From positions 186,001 through 250,000 of the forward strand of contig JAQGDQ010002387.1 in assembly GCA_030141605.1 (NCBI GenBank): a stretch of 64,000 nt of DNA, given 5' to 3'. A model generated the notes under the pieces. It made no database searches, was not told the DNA's origin, and saw only the letters and a program-made list of their open reading frames with translations. Positions within the stretch are counted from its first letter, which is position 1. The number at the start of each line of letters is the position of its first letter. Origin of the DNA: Tubiluchus corallicola (taxonomy: Eukaryota; Animalia; Priapulida). Shown one piece after another: positions 1-11,712 of the stretch. The position numbers and the translations under genes were made by a program.

Positions 1-2516
1 AGAAGAAAAGTAAGAAGAAGGGGGGAAGCTTCTTGGTTGAAGAAGTGAGTAGTACTAGAGAAGAATTAACAGAAGATGCAAAAGAACATCTGGAGGCAAG
101 TAATGACCCAACAGAAAACTTTGGCAGTAGACATGCAGGCAAAGATTCTAAGCCAGATGATACAGTATGCATTCAAGACATTGATATAAATATTGTTGAA
201 AACACAGATGATTTGGATGCAAATGAAAGCAGCATTGGCTTTGAATGGGGTGAAGAAGAGGAAAGTTTACTTGAAGAAGGTGATGATGTAGAAGTAGCTG
301 GGTCTTCCATTTTGTCCAATGAGGAATTATTTCTTGAAAAGGAAGGCAAAAAGGAAACTGATTCCGGAAAAACAGATCTACAGAAAGATGATCCGGGTGT
401 TCTTATAAAAGATGAAGTCAAAGGAAGCAGTTTCTTGGAAGGTGTTTTAATTGCCCTAGAGCAAGATAAGCAAGTGATAAATATTCACGAAGAACAGGAA
501 TGTTTGTTAAAGACTGCACAAACAATGAGTGTACAGAAAGATCATTTTATGGAAATAAAGCAAAGTGATGAACATGTTTTGAGTGATGACACAGCAATAT
601 ATTTACTGCAAGATAAGCAGATTTCTCTTGAATTTCAGCCAGTGAATTCTTTTCCAGAAGTTGTTAAAATGGAAAATCAAAATTCAGTTTCCGAAGTTAC
701 TGATAACAGAGAGGACAATGAATCATTTGAAGGGGATGCTAGTCATTTGGAAGAAAAAGCTATACAGCACATCAGGGTTAATGACATAACTGATGTAAGA
801 GCCAAAATCCAAGAGGAAGTAAAAAGTAGTACTATCATTGACTCGAATTTTATTTCGCAATCATTCATCGATCAGAGTGGTGATGACATTAAGAAAGATC
901 TGTTTATTGAAAACAATGTTTATGTTGAGCCTGTTGGTAGCTGCGATGAGGAAAATGGTAAACTAGAAAATTCACCAGACAGAGCTTTTACTTCAAAAAA
1001 TACGAGCGAGCATGCAGATACTAAGGAGGAACTTTGTATAAAAAAAGAAACTGCAGTAGAAAGTGGAATAGTGAATACTGATGATTCTGGAAAAGTTGAC
1101 CTAAGTCCTGTTGATAGTGATAATAAAATTGGTGTATTTGGCACTCCCGGCATCCTTCATTCGAGTGGTATTTCTTTTGGTGAAAATGACAGATCAAAAC
1201 TACCAGCTGAGGTTAACCTTGAAGACATTTCAATCCTAAAAAGTGAAAATCACCTTTCTAATGATGATACTCAACAAGAACATTCCAGTCAAATCTCTGG
1301 CTCTAGTTTAGTTCTTGAATGCTCGATTCAAGGTGCAAACAAAACAGGAGGCAATTCACAACATTCCAGTCAAGACATAGATGTGAGCTCAAGTCAAGAA
1401 CACTTCCCTCGGGAAATAGACAGTACCTCACGCCAAGAACATTCCTTTCAAAAAAACAATATTAACTCGAATTCAGAATCTTTTACAAAAGAAGTAGTCA
1501 GCAGTGAAGACAATTCAGAATGTTTTACTAATGAAGCAGACTATAGCTTAAGTTTTGCAAGCAAAGTCAACATAAGTGCTGGGAAAGTAAAAATTGCAAT
1601 TAACAATGGTAATAATTATCCTCAAGAAATTCTGCTCGATAATCAAGATGAGAAGAAACACGTTTGTGTAACGTCATTTGTGTCTGATAAACTTCTTTAC
1701 CCTGATGGTCAACCTTGTGATGACAATACTGGTAAAACAATAGAAAAGAATGAGTTACCAGGAGGAAGCAATGAAACTGCAGATATGAAACTAAATATAG
1801 TACATGCCAGTCTTGGTACAGGTCCTTGGGCTGCTGTCATTGAAAGTGATGACAGAAACCTTGTGTGCAGCAACACCATTAAGCAAACAGGAGTAGTGGA
1901 AAATTCATCAATAACTATTGTAGAACAAGACGTAGGAAAAAGAAATGATGCTGTCTTAAAAGGAAATGAAGAAAAAGGTAGCAGCTTTGGTGATGAAGTG
2001 AAGACAGAGGGAAGACAAGCAGCAGTTAACAACACTGGCTTTTTGGTTGATTCCGAACACCAAGATGAAAAATATGTAGACGATAGCTTAAATGTTACTG
2101 CTTCTACAGGTATCAATATAAATGCAAGTGTTGATGAAGATGTGTTTAATCTTGGTAACTCCATATCTGAGTCTGAGGAGTATACCATTGTACACGATGA
2201 AGAGAAAGCATTGAATAACCAACCTATGACAGATGCTACACCAACTTCCAAAGTGTATGACTTAGATACTGTTGGAGTGGAAACTGCATCTGTAGACGAT
2301 TTTGTTGAAGAAGCTGCTGATAAAGAAAAAATAAAAAATGAAACAAATGCTAATGTCAGAGAAGAGCAGGCAGATAGCTCTTTAACTGATAAAGAGAAGA
2401 TCAAAAAAGAAGTTGACAATAGACATGAACATCAAGGTCGGAGACGGCTAAAATCGGCTGAAGCAGAAAAGGCTTCTGACTCCACATTTTCTGTTGCCCT
2501 TGGTAACACTGATGAG
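1..2516 (+). CDS. LRRFIP2: LRRFIP giant acidic/disordered exon (open from the window edge)
   Basis: Frame is open from position 3 (KKSKKKGGSFL...), over 830 codons rich in E/D/S/N. It ends GRRRLKS...ALGNTDE, which resembles the LRRFIP2 N-terminal GRKR...ALSNIARE. Phase-0 donor GAG|GTGC at 2516/2517. Confidence 0.75.
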
Positions 2517-5500
2517 GTGCTTCTTATTCTTTTTTTTTAAATTTGTTATTTCGTTTATGCCATATCTGATTTGTGACTGAACTAGAATAAAAATTTGTAA
2601 TGATATTAGTCTTTCATTGCATAATAATTGATAATATTAATGCTTATTTAACAACAAGTCTTTAACATGAAACAGATTTAGATCTTGATCAGGTATGGGA
2701 CCATAACTCTTATTACAGGGCCAAGCTTTTTGGGTAGGAAGTTAATTGCTTAACAGGACTAACAGTTGAGTATTTAAACTGTGTTCATTCTTATATTGTG
2801 CATTTTGCAGTGTACTTTTTATGGCCAGAAGAGAAAATGCAAACCTTGTGTTAAGGTGGATGAGAACAATCAGATTACAAAAACGCCTAAGTGCATTAAT
2901 TATTAGCAATGATTATGTTTTTACCATACCTTGCCATAATAATTGTAAGAAACTCTGATTATGTGTAGAACCTTTACTGTTTATTCTAGTTTCCTATCAT
3001 TTTTCTTTTCTGTAATATTAATTCACATAAATTGATTATTAGAATTTTGAATTTGTCTGGCTCATTTTTTTGGAGAGCAGAAAATTCTTGTTTTCTCCTT
3101 TTCTGATTATCAATTTCTTTATCTGTAATATTTCCTCATTGATGTTCCAACTCCACCTTTACAGCTAAATCAAAGTCAGACTAATTGAATAACTTTTGCT
3201 TTTGTAGGCAGAGCAACGGCTGGCAGCAAAGAGAGCAGCAAGGGCAGAAGCAAGGAAGATTCGAATGCGGGAGGTAGAACGGCAGCAAGCAGAGGTATAA
3301 TATATTATGTGCTTTGTCTTTTTAAAGTAGGTGTAGCTTTAAGTGCAGTATTCTTCAAATGTTTTTACTGTTGAGCTGTATTCTACCTGCTGTATTTCCT
3401 GTGCGAGTGACAATTTTAATGCCTTTATTGGGCATTAATTTATACTGAAAAGAGATTCTATATGCATTTCTACAGCTTTTAGCCAGTTTTGGGACAGTCA
3501 TAATTGGGGAGTGGACATAAAAGATCAAGTTGAAACGTTCAAATTCGATTGAAACAAGTTTTTTAGTTCAAATTCAACTTGAAATTTTAATAATTGAATC
3601 TAGTGATTTAACACTTCAATTACAAAACTTTAAACAGAGATAAAATTTTGTCTGCAGTTACAAAATTATTAACTTGGATTAGCCTTTTGTACAATTTCCA
3701 TTTATTAATTTACTTTTTTAGTAACTTGTAGCTAAATTAATGTTTTTACATGCAGCATTATTTTTTTTATTATTGAATTTGATTCAAATTTGAGTAAAAT
3801 CAACTTTCAAGATTCAATTTCAAACCTTAAAAATAGATTTGGTGCATGTTCGCCCCATTCATATTTTCTTGTTTGCTATACTAGACTTCATAGATAACTG
3901 ATACCCCAGTAAATCAGCAATGATGCAAAGTACTGGTGTTACTGATACATTTGTTATTCTATTCAGGCTGAATCAAATGAAGTTCGATATCGTGATGCTG
4001 CAGATGGAACTCCCAGGGTATGTTAGTGATGTCATTCCAAACACACACGCATTCCATTCTTAACTGACACCTTTTTAATTCTTACACAGTTACATAATGT
4101 CGTTCTTAAGACACGCACAATAAATGATGGTATTTATTTCACACTGAGTGAAGGATGTCACTCTTATTCTTAACTCCCTGTCGTAAATAATATCATTCTT
4201 TAATTGCTTGAGGAAATGATGATATTTTTAACTTACATACAGGAAATTATGTCAGTTTTACTTCACACTGAGTAATGATGCACTCTTTACTCAGATACAG
4301 TTAGTTTTGGTCACTATGCCAGAAAGCATTATATGGACTCACATTTTCTTGAACTTATTGCACAGAAATCTTTATAAATAGGTTTAATCTTACACCATTT
4401 TGCACTTCTTTAACTGAATGATTTTTTTTGTTCTAGACGTACACATCACGGGCTGGATCCGATTCATCTGTACGTTCCGGAAGGCGTGGTAGTGATGGTA
4501 GCGAATCAGAGGTTAAAGAACTTAAGGTAGTAACATTTCATTTTAAGAATTAGTTCATAGTTATTAGTAATCATTGTCAATATTTGTTGTAAAATAAGAC
4601 AAGAAAAGATATTTATTCAGGATAACTTGTTTGAGCAAAGCTCGTTTACAACAAGGTTCTGATTAGTGCAATGTTTGCAAACACTTTTCAGGCTAATGCC
4701 AAAAGAAACATATATTTTGAACAAAAACAAAACGCCAAAATTTAAAAGCAGTTCAAAAAGATAAAGTTTAGAATGCACAATACAATTAATTAGAGTAACA
4801 CTCTTGATAAAAATTTTTAAGGTGACCGTTAAACAAGTTAATATTGCTACTGCTCCTTAATTCAGTTGACAAAGAATTCTCTACTTTAACCCTGCTGTAG
4901 TTTAGAGATTTTTGTCCAACTTGTGTTCGGCATAACAGTATTTGCAATTCTGACTGACCTTTTTCGATACTGATGTGAATATTCGAGAAAGTGTTGATTT
5001 AAAGGGTTTTGGTCACTTTTAAGAATTTTGTACATAAAGTATGCCATTTGCATTAGCCTTCGGATTTCCAGTGGTAACCAGTTTAGTGCATTGTGATAAT
5101 GTGTTCGCATGCGTCACATTTTAAAATAATTCGTGCATCCCTGTTATGCATGATCTGTAATCTGCTCAGTGATGTAGTTTCAGCAATAATGTACTATGAT
5201 AAACAGTAGTCAAAATATGGTAGCATTAAACTGTTATGAATCGGCATTGCAGCAAGTGGAGTGAGATTTTGACGAGTTCTACAGAAATAACCAATGTTTT
5301 TATTAATCTTACTTCTCACGAAATCTATATGCGCTGTAAATTTTAAACTAGAATCATCTATTACACTATGAACTATGAAAATACACCTTTAGAAGTATTT
5401 TGTGGTTGTTATGGAATTTAGAAGCTTGTTGTCATAAGACAGTTGAATGTTAGGGTCTTCTAAAGATGTAAGTTTTTGATTAGTGCCAAACAGCATTACA

Positions 5501-8500
5501 TCGATTTTATTTAAATTTAAAACTAATTTATTTTTGAAGAACCAGTCTGATGCTTTTCCAAGTTCATGCAATAGGACTTTGGTTCTTGTCTGGAGTGATT
5601 TATGCTGATAGATCAGTACTGCATCATCAGCGTACATAAAACAACCAGCATTTTTGCAATTTTGAGGAAATCATTAATGTACAGGATAATCAAAAGAGGA
5701 ATGAGAACCAAACCCTGAGTAACCTCAATTTCAATATTACTAATAATGGTAGTAATAATGGTTTGAATATTCGTTTACCACCTGGCTCAATTTTGTTAGT
5801 AAAAATAGTATAAGTTTTGCGATTTGAAACTTTGTGATCGATTTACAGTACGTTGGTCTTAAATTTAAGTTTTTTGTGATTTGGTTATGAAAGCTTATTT
5901 GTCTAATCTGTTTACGTAATGAGACTGAAAGGCCTATCCATTACTGTCTATTTAGTGATTGTATATACACTGCTGAGAGTATGAAAATAATATATTATCA
6001 TCTCATTTTGCCCTCAGTGCACTGTCTATAGCTTCATTTACTGCACAGTGGTATTTCTGTTGGGTCCTCGTGAATTGTACATGCATTATCTTAATGAGTC
6101 TTCTCAATTTACACCATTATGAGGTTTAATTTATTACAAGTGACCATGCCCTTCTTTTAAGACTAGACGTAAACAGGTGCTGTTCAGTTGCCTGTGCCTT
6201 GTTCATTGTCTGGACTGGTGTGTCTTCTTAGAGAATTATCATTGATAATGATGTAGGATTTTGATCTACTACGATCATCTGTATGGTGCCAAACAGTACA
6301 AAAATGACTTTTGCATTTTTCATTAAGTGAAACAAAATTTAGCCGAATTTTCCATTTATAATAATTTTTGGTGCTTTTGCAGAAAGATCTATCTGACTTG
6401 GAGGAAAAGTTTAAGAAATCAATGATAACTAATGCACAGCTAGACAATGAGAAATCAACTTTGATGTATCAACTAGATTTACTAAAAGATGATCTAGAAA
6501 TGAAAGATGAAACGATGTGTCAATTACAACGTGAGATTAAAGACATGTCTAGGGTAAGTAGAAATTGAGGTCATTTGACAAATTGACACATCACTTCCTA
6601 TGTGAGATTAAGGAAACTCGGGTATGTGGAAACCGACATCATTTAAGGAAATGATGTTAGCTACGATTTGAAAATTTAAACTATTTATCAAAGTCAGGTT
6701 ACTTACATCATGAGATTAAGGATGTATTTAAGGTAAGTGGAAACTGAGATGAAATGATGTCAGTTACAACATGAGATTGATGGTGTGTCTAAGGTAAATG
6801 AAAATTGAGACTATTTGACAAAGTGATTTGATTTTATAAGACATTTTTAAATGTAATTATGCTGATGACCGTCGTTGTTGTTTTTTCTTATAATTTTATA
6901 ATTATCTTATCGTTTTTCAGGAATACGACTTTGCCAAACGGGATTTAGATTCCTCAAATAAGCAAGTAACGAATCTCAAAGAACAAGTCCAGCATCTGAT
7001 CACGTTGATTCAGGTGAAGCCAGCCAGTTTTCACTGCTCTTTTGTTTGCTAATGCAATTCTGGTGTATGATTTTCTGTAAAACTTGATAAAATAGAGACA
7101 CAGAATGTGAATATAATTCCAGTGATTTAATGAACTTGGTGACACCTCTTAAATTAACACAGACACGTGCGCCGGCAGGCGGATGCACTGACACACATGC
7201 GTCCACAGAATTTCTTGAGAAAAATTTTTTTGTGACTAAATAAAATTTTTTAGCAGTAAACCAAGAAACACATCAACCCCTTGTTATTATTAACAAATAA
7301 TTATTAAATTTTGTGTGAGCAGTGGATGGGCTGTAAACTTAACAGTCTTAAATCGGTTTTATGTTTGACTATCCACATTTTGCTGGATAGATAATCTTGA
7401 CACTAAATAATAATTAATAAATTAAGCTTAAGTAATTGGTCATCCACATTCCAAGTGTATTACGAATTCGCTTTTAAGATATATGACTACTACAATAGAA
7501 TACAATGAATATTACCTAGGTAAATGTAGGTAAAATATATTTATCTGAGCAGAATTTTTCACATTTGAGGAAGTCTGCGTACCAGAATTTAAATCTCATT
7601 TGAGGCCTCCAACACAAACAAAATAAACAGCTATTGAGGTGATACAAAAAGGTGTTAAGGTTTGATTACAGTATTCACCTGTAAGTGTAATAAACTCTAA
7701 TAATGTGTCAATTCAATTCACATCTCATGTTACATGTGATGATGATTCCCGCAAGGAGAGTTAAAATATTATATTTAAATTTTAAAACCTTTTTTAAATT
7801 TCCTCTATATCTGTTGCTGTTTGCCTTTTGCCAATGATTTGCATTTTTAGGGCCATTTACAAGTGTTTGAAAATTGTGTTAGTTTGTTATTTATGTAGTA
7901 ATTAGTTTTTCGATAGTGAGCCCCTAATTTTTAGATAAAAAAGGTAAGTTCACTCTAATTGGAGTAAAGAAAGTAAAATCTTGCACACACATTTGCCATG
8001 CCACTTGTACATATTTAGAATGCTGCTTTATTTGGTAAACAGACATTCTACGCTCTTTGCCTGTTTGAGCTTGAGTTTTAGGTATAAACTGCTTTCACAT
8101 ATTAAAAAATATGTAAATTATAGTGAAGCTTCATTTATGATCTAAAATTTATTAAAATTTATATTAATAGCTATATTTGTTTACATAGTTTATTGTCAGC
8201 ACTTCTCGCTGACAGAGACAACAGAACAGAGACAAGGTTTATTCACTGTGAGAACTAGTGGCATTTCGTAGCTGCTGTAGAGGCATGTAACTTGCTCAGA
8301 GTAATTTCTCTGAACGCTACTGCAAGATCTGTCACGAAATTTGGCCACGCTTACTGATAGAGAGTAACTCACAGCACGTCTTGCTCTCTAATGTCACTCG
8401 TTGATGTAAGTGTTGTTACACATGTTTAGGAGCATGGGCTGGTCCTAGTCGGTGCCGGTGATTCAATGAAACTAGAAGCTGATACCGGACGGGTAAAGGA

Positions 8501-11500
8501 AGGAGAGGAGCTGCCTTTAGCAATTCTGTCCCAACAAACTGCCAAAATTTTAGATGAAGCTGGTGATGGATCTTTAGGTACAGTCTTTTATTTTTCTGTG
8601 GTTTTTGCTAGTTTGGGTTTATCAGTTAATTAAAAAAGTATAGGGTGTTCCAAAAAATGGTGTACTAATAAATGCTATAAGCATACAAATATTACACAAG
8701 GCTGGACTTAGGAGGAGTGGGCCCTACTGAAAACAGTTTTGGTGGTCTTCTCAGTATGTAGAATTATAAAAAGTACAATTTTATATGCTTTATAGTTTGT
8801 ATTTTTAATGGAAACCAATTAAAATGTGCACTTAGAAAGCGTGGTGCTTGTGAGTTAATGGACCAACAGCTACATTTTAAAATAAAACTGCATAACATGT
8901 AAGTCGGATAAGCAGCAAACAAAATGTCTAGATCACTACTGGAAAGTGCATAGTTTGGGGACACCCTCCGATTCCGTCTGAATTTAGCCTACTTTATGTT
9001 TGGTCACCGAGATGTGCATGTACATAAAGATTCACTAAAGTAATTTCGTCACATGATACTGTTAAAAAATTCTATACCCTCATATCTCGGTTTGCCGGAC
9101 AAAAGCGGGAAGACATCGGTCCGAATTTGCCAATTGTCCGTATTTACCGATACTAAGCTAATACAGTAGGGGCTGTGTGTTAGACTCACGGCAATGTAGA
9201 AGCAAAACAACAGATTGTGTCTGTAATATGCGGGACTTTTTAACGGTTCACATTCTGTCCGATTCTTCCAATATCCGTAAAAGAAAGATCCGGCAAACCG
9301 AGATATGGGCATATGTTTACGTATATTTAAAAGCCCTCGACACTTGGTTTAATTGTTTACGTATGTTTTTTTAAGCATACTAAGTGTAGTTTCTTAAGTA
9401 GCTAAAAGCTACACTAAGTATACTAAATAGTCACAGCTTCGTAAATTAGGAGATAATCCAAAGATCAAGTATACTTACTCTTAATGGGCTTATTCAAATT
9501 AGTGTCCGTACACTTTACAAACACTTCTACACTTTATGGGTGACATAGAACTACCTCAAATTCCATGCCTAATTGTGGTGCAAAATAAGTTATGTAGCAC
9601 ACTTTGTAGATGGTCCATTTTATGACTTGTGCTCTTTTCACAGCCCTGGTTGCCCATATTGAAGGTTTAAGCAAAATAGCAAAAATAGTGATGTCTATAA
9701 AAAACTCAAGATTATTTTCACGTATTGTCATATTTCTACAAAACCGTTAATTTTTAAACACCCTGTATATTTTATATTAAATGAAATAAGTACAATGTTA
9801 TTATCTTTGTAAAGCTTTCTCTCAACTTATACATAGATATGGCTTATAAAAAGCATCAGATAGTAAAAATTGGTCTCTTGCCTTCTGTATATTGTAATTC
9901 TAAGTAGTGACAAGTGCTTGTAGTGTACTAGATTTGTAGTAAGTGAATTTGCAAGTTATGTACTATTTAGGAAATGATAGTGGCATTTTTTCATTTAAGT
10001 GGTAAAATATTTGCTGTATTACTAGACTCTTTTTAGTTATTACCTATCTATAGGGTTTTATAGGTGTAAACTGAGCACTTTGTGCCATTTTCAAGTTTTT
10101 TTTTAAATCTGTAGAAGAACGATTGAGAAAGTTTGCTGAGGAGAAGAAGGATTTAGAGGATAGAGTGCGTCGTCTTCGTATGACTCTGGAGGAGGAAAGG
10201 GAAGCTAATTCGCAAGCACTGAAAGAGGCTCACAAAGTCTCCATGGCCTTGAACGGTTTAGACGATGATAGAAATCCTCGTATGTTTTCTACAGCTTACC
10301 CTATCGACTTGTCTATCAGTGAAGCCAAACATGTCAAACTCTAATTCTTTCACTTTGGACTACCTGCATTTAGTTCATCTCATTGAAGAATTTAGCAATG
10401 TTAAACTCCAATTCATCATCTCTATAGTTTTCCTGTCTGTCTGTCTTTCTCATTTTACTATATAGTTCATCACATGTATATTATTTACAGTGATTATTAC
10501 TATGAAACTTCTGTTTTACAGGTGATTCTGGTGAATCAAGGATAAAACTAATGAAAGCTGAACAAGAAGTAGCTTCGTTACAGTCTAGTGTGAGTATTTT
10601 TACTGTATTGTAGTAGCAATAGCAATCCGTTGGATTTCGTATTGAAATTAGTGCTTAAATTTAATGTGGTTGAGTTGTAAGTGAAAACTACTTTTAGTTT
10701 TGTTCTTATCCAATGGGATCTATTGTAATTCTTCGCAACTTTGTAATGCTTTACCGTATTTTTGACAGGCTTGGCATTCTTGAATACAGTTTTCATTTTT
10801 CTATCTTGCAGCGCTAGTTTTATTAAAATCTGCTGAGCAGTCGCAATAAATTTTTATACTGTAACAATGTCAAAGTTGTAGCGAAACAGTGTTATGGATG
10901 GGAAGAATACTTTGCCAAGTGTCCAAGTGTACGTCCAGTAAATAAACTGTTGTCTAGTAAATAAATACAGAGTTAACCTTGGCAGTGAGATAAGTTCTGG
11001 TTCTGGCATAAACAAGCCTTGCCATTGAGCCTTTGATTCTGATTTGCAGTATATAGAATGGTGTAACCTGTTTCTCAGTATTTTGAATGTTGAGGGCAGT
11101 CTTTGGTGAGACTTGTTGTTTTGTTAATAAAACAAAAGATAATATTAATCTGAATTTATAAATATATATTGACTTTTCGTTATTTATAGTTGAATAGAAA
11201 CGAACGTGATTTAAAAAGGGCGCAGCAACAAGTACAAGAATTAGAACAAGAAATTGATGACCTAAAGACTGATAAACGCAAGACCCAAAGAGAGGTAATA
11301 ACATTTAGTCTGCATTATTGTCTGAGTAGTGACTTAGAATCTACTTTGGGTGGGGTATACTGCACTAAGCAGCCCATTTAATTATGAGATTCTTGTAATA
11401 AAATGATTGCTGGGTTAGAATCCTCACCACTAGCTGTTTCTAATTCAGCTCTACCTTTTAACAAAATAATGTTCTAAATTAATGCAAATTTTTTAAAACA

Positions 11501-11712
11501 CGTGTTTTAATTTGATGTAATGAAAATTGGGTTATGAATAAAATGTCCATTTTATTTGTATTAATATTATTAGTTTAATAGTTACTTTGTCTGATGTTTA
11601 GCTTCGCGAAGCCAAATCTCGGATAGAGGAGGTTGAAACAGAAAAGGGTCACTTGCAAAAGCGACTAGACAAACTTAGGAAAGAACGTATTAATGCAATG
11701 ACGAACGGGTGA
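1..11712 (+). CDS. LRRFIP2: LRRFIP1/2-family (leucine-rich repeat flightless-interacting protein) gene, 5'-partial; exons <1-2516, 3208-3294, 3967-4017, 4437-4526, 6383-6553, 6921-7013, 8430-8577, 10115-10279, 10522-10589, 11190-11294, 11602-11712
   Basis: Exons join in frame with GT-AG introns and matching phases. Hallmark motifs: AEQRLAAKRAARAEARKIRMREVERQQ, LEEKFKKSMITNAQLDNEKSTLMYQLDLLKD, EHGLVLV...AGDGSLEERLRKFAEEK and C-terminal KGHLQKRLDKLRK. Confidence 0.9.
3208..3294 (+). CDS. LRRFIP2: LRRFIP exon (AEQRLAAKRAARAEARKIRMREVERQQAE)
   Basis: tttgtag| acceptor, GAG|gtataa donor, 29 codons, conserved family helix. Confidence 0.93.
3967..4017 (+). CDS. LRRFIP2: LRRFIP exon (AESNEVRYRDAADGTPR)
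   Basis: ctattcag| and AGG|gtatgt, 51 nt, phase 0-0. Confidence 0.75.
4437..4526 (+). CDS. LRRFIP2: LRRFIP exon (TYTSRAGSDSSVRSGRRGSDGSESEVKELK)
   Basis: ttttgttctag| and AAG|gtagta; RRGS motif typical of the family. Confidence 0.88.
4600..5740 (-). mobile_element. Degenerate 5'-truncated LINE (CR1/L2-group) RT fragment in an LRRFIP intron
   Basis: Minus-strand MYADDAVLIY...DWFFKNKLVLNLNK...MLFGT and ALNWLPLEIRR; interrupted by stops and frameshifts. Confidence 0.85.
6383..6553 (+). CDS. LRRFIP2: LRRFIP coiled-coil exon
   Basis: KDLSDLEEKFKKSMITNAQLDNEKSTLMYQLDLLKDDLE; ttttgcag| and AGG|gtaagt. Confidence 0.95.
6521..6830 (+). repeat. Degenerate tandem duplications of the exon 3' end plus its 5' splice site
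   Basis: caattacaacgtgagattaaagacatgtctagggtaagtagaaattgaggtcatttgacaaa (6521) vs cagttacaacatgagattgatggtgtgtctaaggtaaatgaaaattgagactatttgacaaa (6761); further copies near 6601 and 6708. Confidence 0.75.
6921..7013 (+). CDS. LRRFIP2: LRRFIP exon (EYDFAKRDLDSSNKQVTNLKEQVQHLITLIQ)
   Basis: tttttcag| and CAG|gtgaag, 31 codons, phase 0-0. Confidence 0.88.
8430..8577 (+). CDS. LRRFIP2: LRRFIP exon (EHGLVLVG...ILDEAGDGSL)
   Basis: tgtttag| and G|gtacag, phase 0-1; HGLV and AGDGSL motifs as in LRRFIP2. Confidence 0.9.
8641..9765. mobile_element. Tc1/mariner-type non-autonomous element (CAGGGTGT-type ends, TA flanks)
   Basis: Left ta|tagggtgttccaaaaa and right tttttaaacaccctg|ta; imperfect TIRs. 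Confidence 0.5.
9081..9307. mobile_element. Nested MITE with a perfect 19-bp inverted repeat
   Basis: catatctcggtttgccgga (9081-9099) / tccggcaaaccgagatatg (9289-9307). Confidence 0.75.
10115..10279 (+). CDS. LRRFIP2: LRRFIP exon (EERLRKFAEEKKDLEDRVRRLRMTLEEER...)
   Basis: NAGNAG acceptor tagaag (10115 or 10118); donor C|gtatgt; phase 1-1. Confidence 0.9.
10522..10589 (+). CDS. LRRFIP2: LRRFIP exon (RDSGESRIKLMKAEQEVASLQSS)
   Basis: ttttacag| and AGT|gtgagt; KAEQE motif. Confidence 0.88.
11190..11294 (+). CDS. LRRFIP2: LRRFIP exon (LNRNERDLKRAQQQVQELEQEIDDLKTDKRKTQRE)
   Basis: tttatag| and GAG|gtaata; DLKxxKRKxQRE motif. Confidence 0.9.
11602..11712 (+). CDS. LRRFIP2: LRRFIP terminal exon (LREAKSRIEEVETEKGHLQKRLDKLRKERINAMTNG*)
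   Basis: gtttag| acceptor, TGA at 11710-11712. Confidence 0.9.
   Translation, partial: LREAKSRIEEVETEKGHLQKRLDKLRKERINAMTNG

Noticed and set aside
173-2419. Minus-strand Ser-rich ORFs (82, 77 and 236 aa)
   Set aside because: Antisense shadows of the acidic LRRFIP exon
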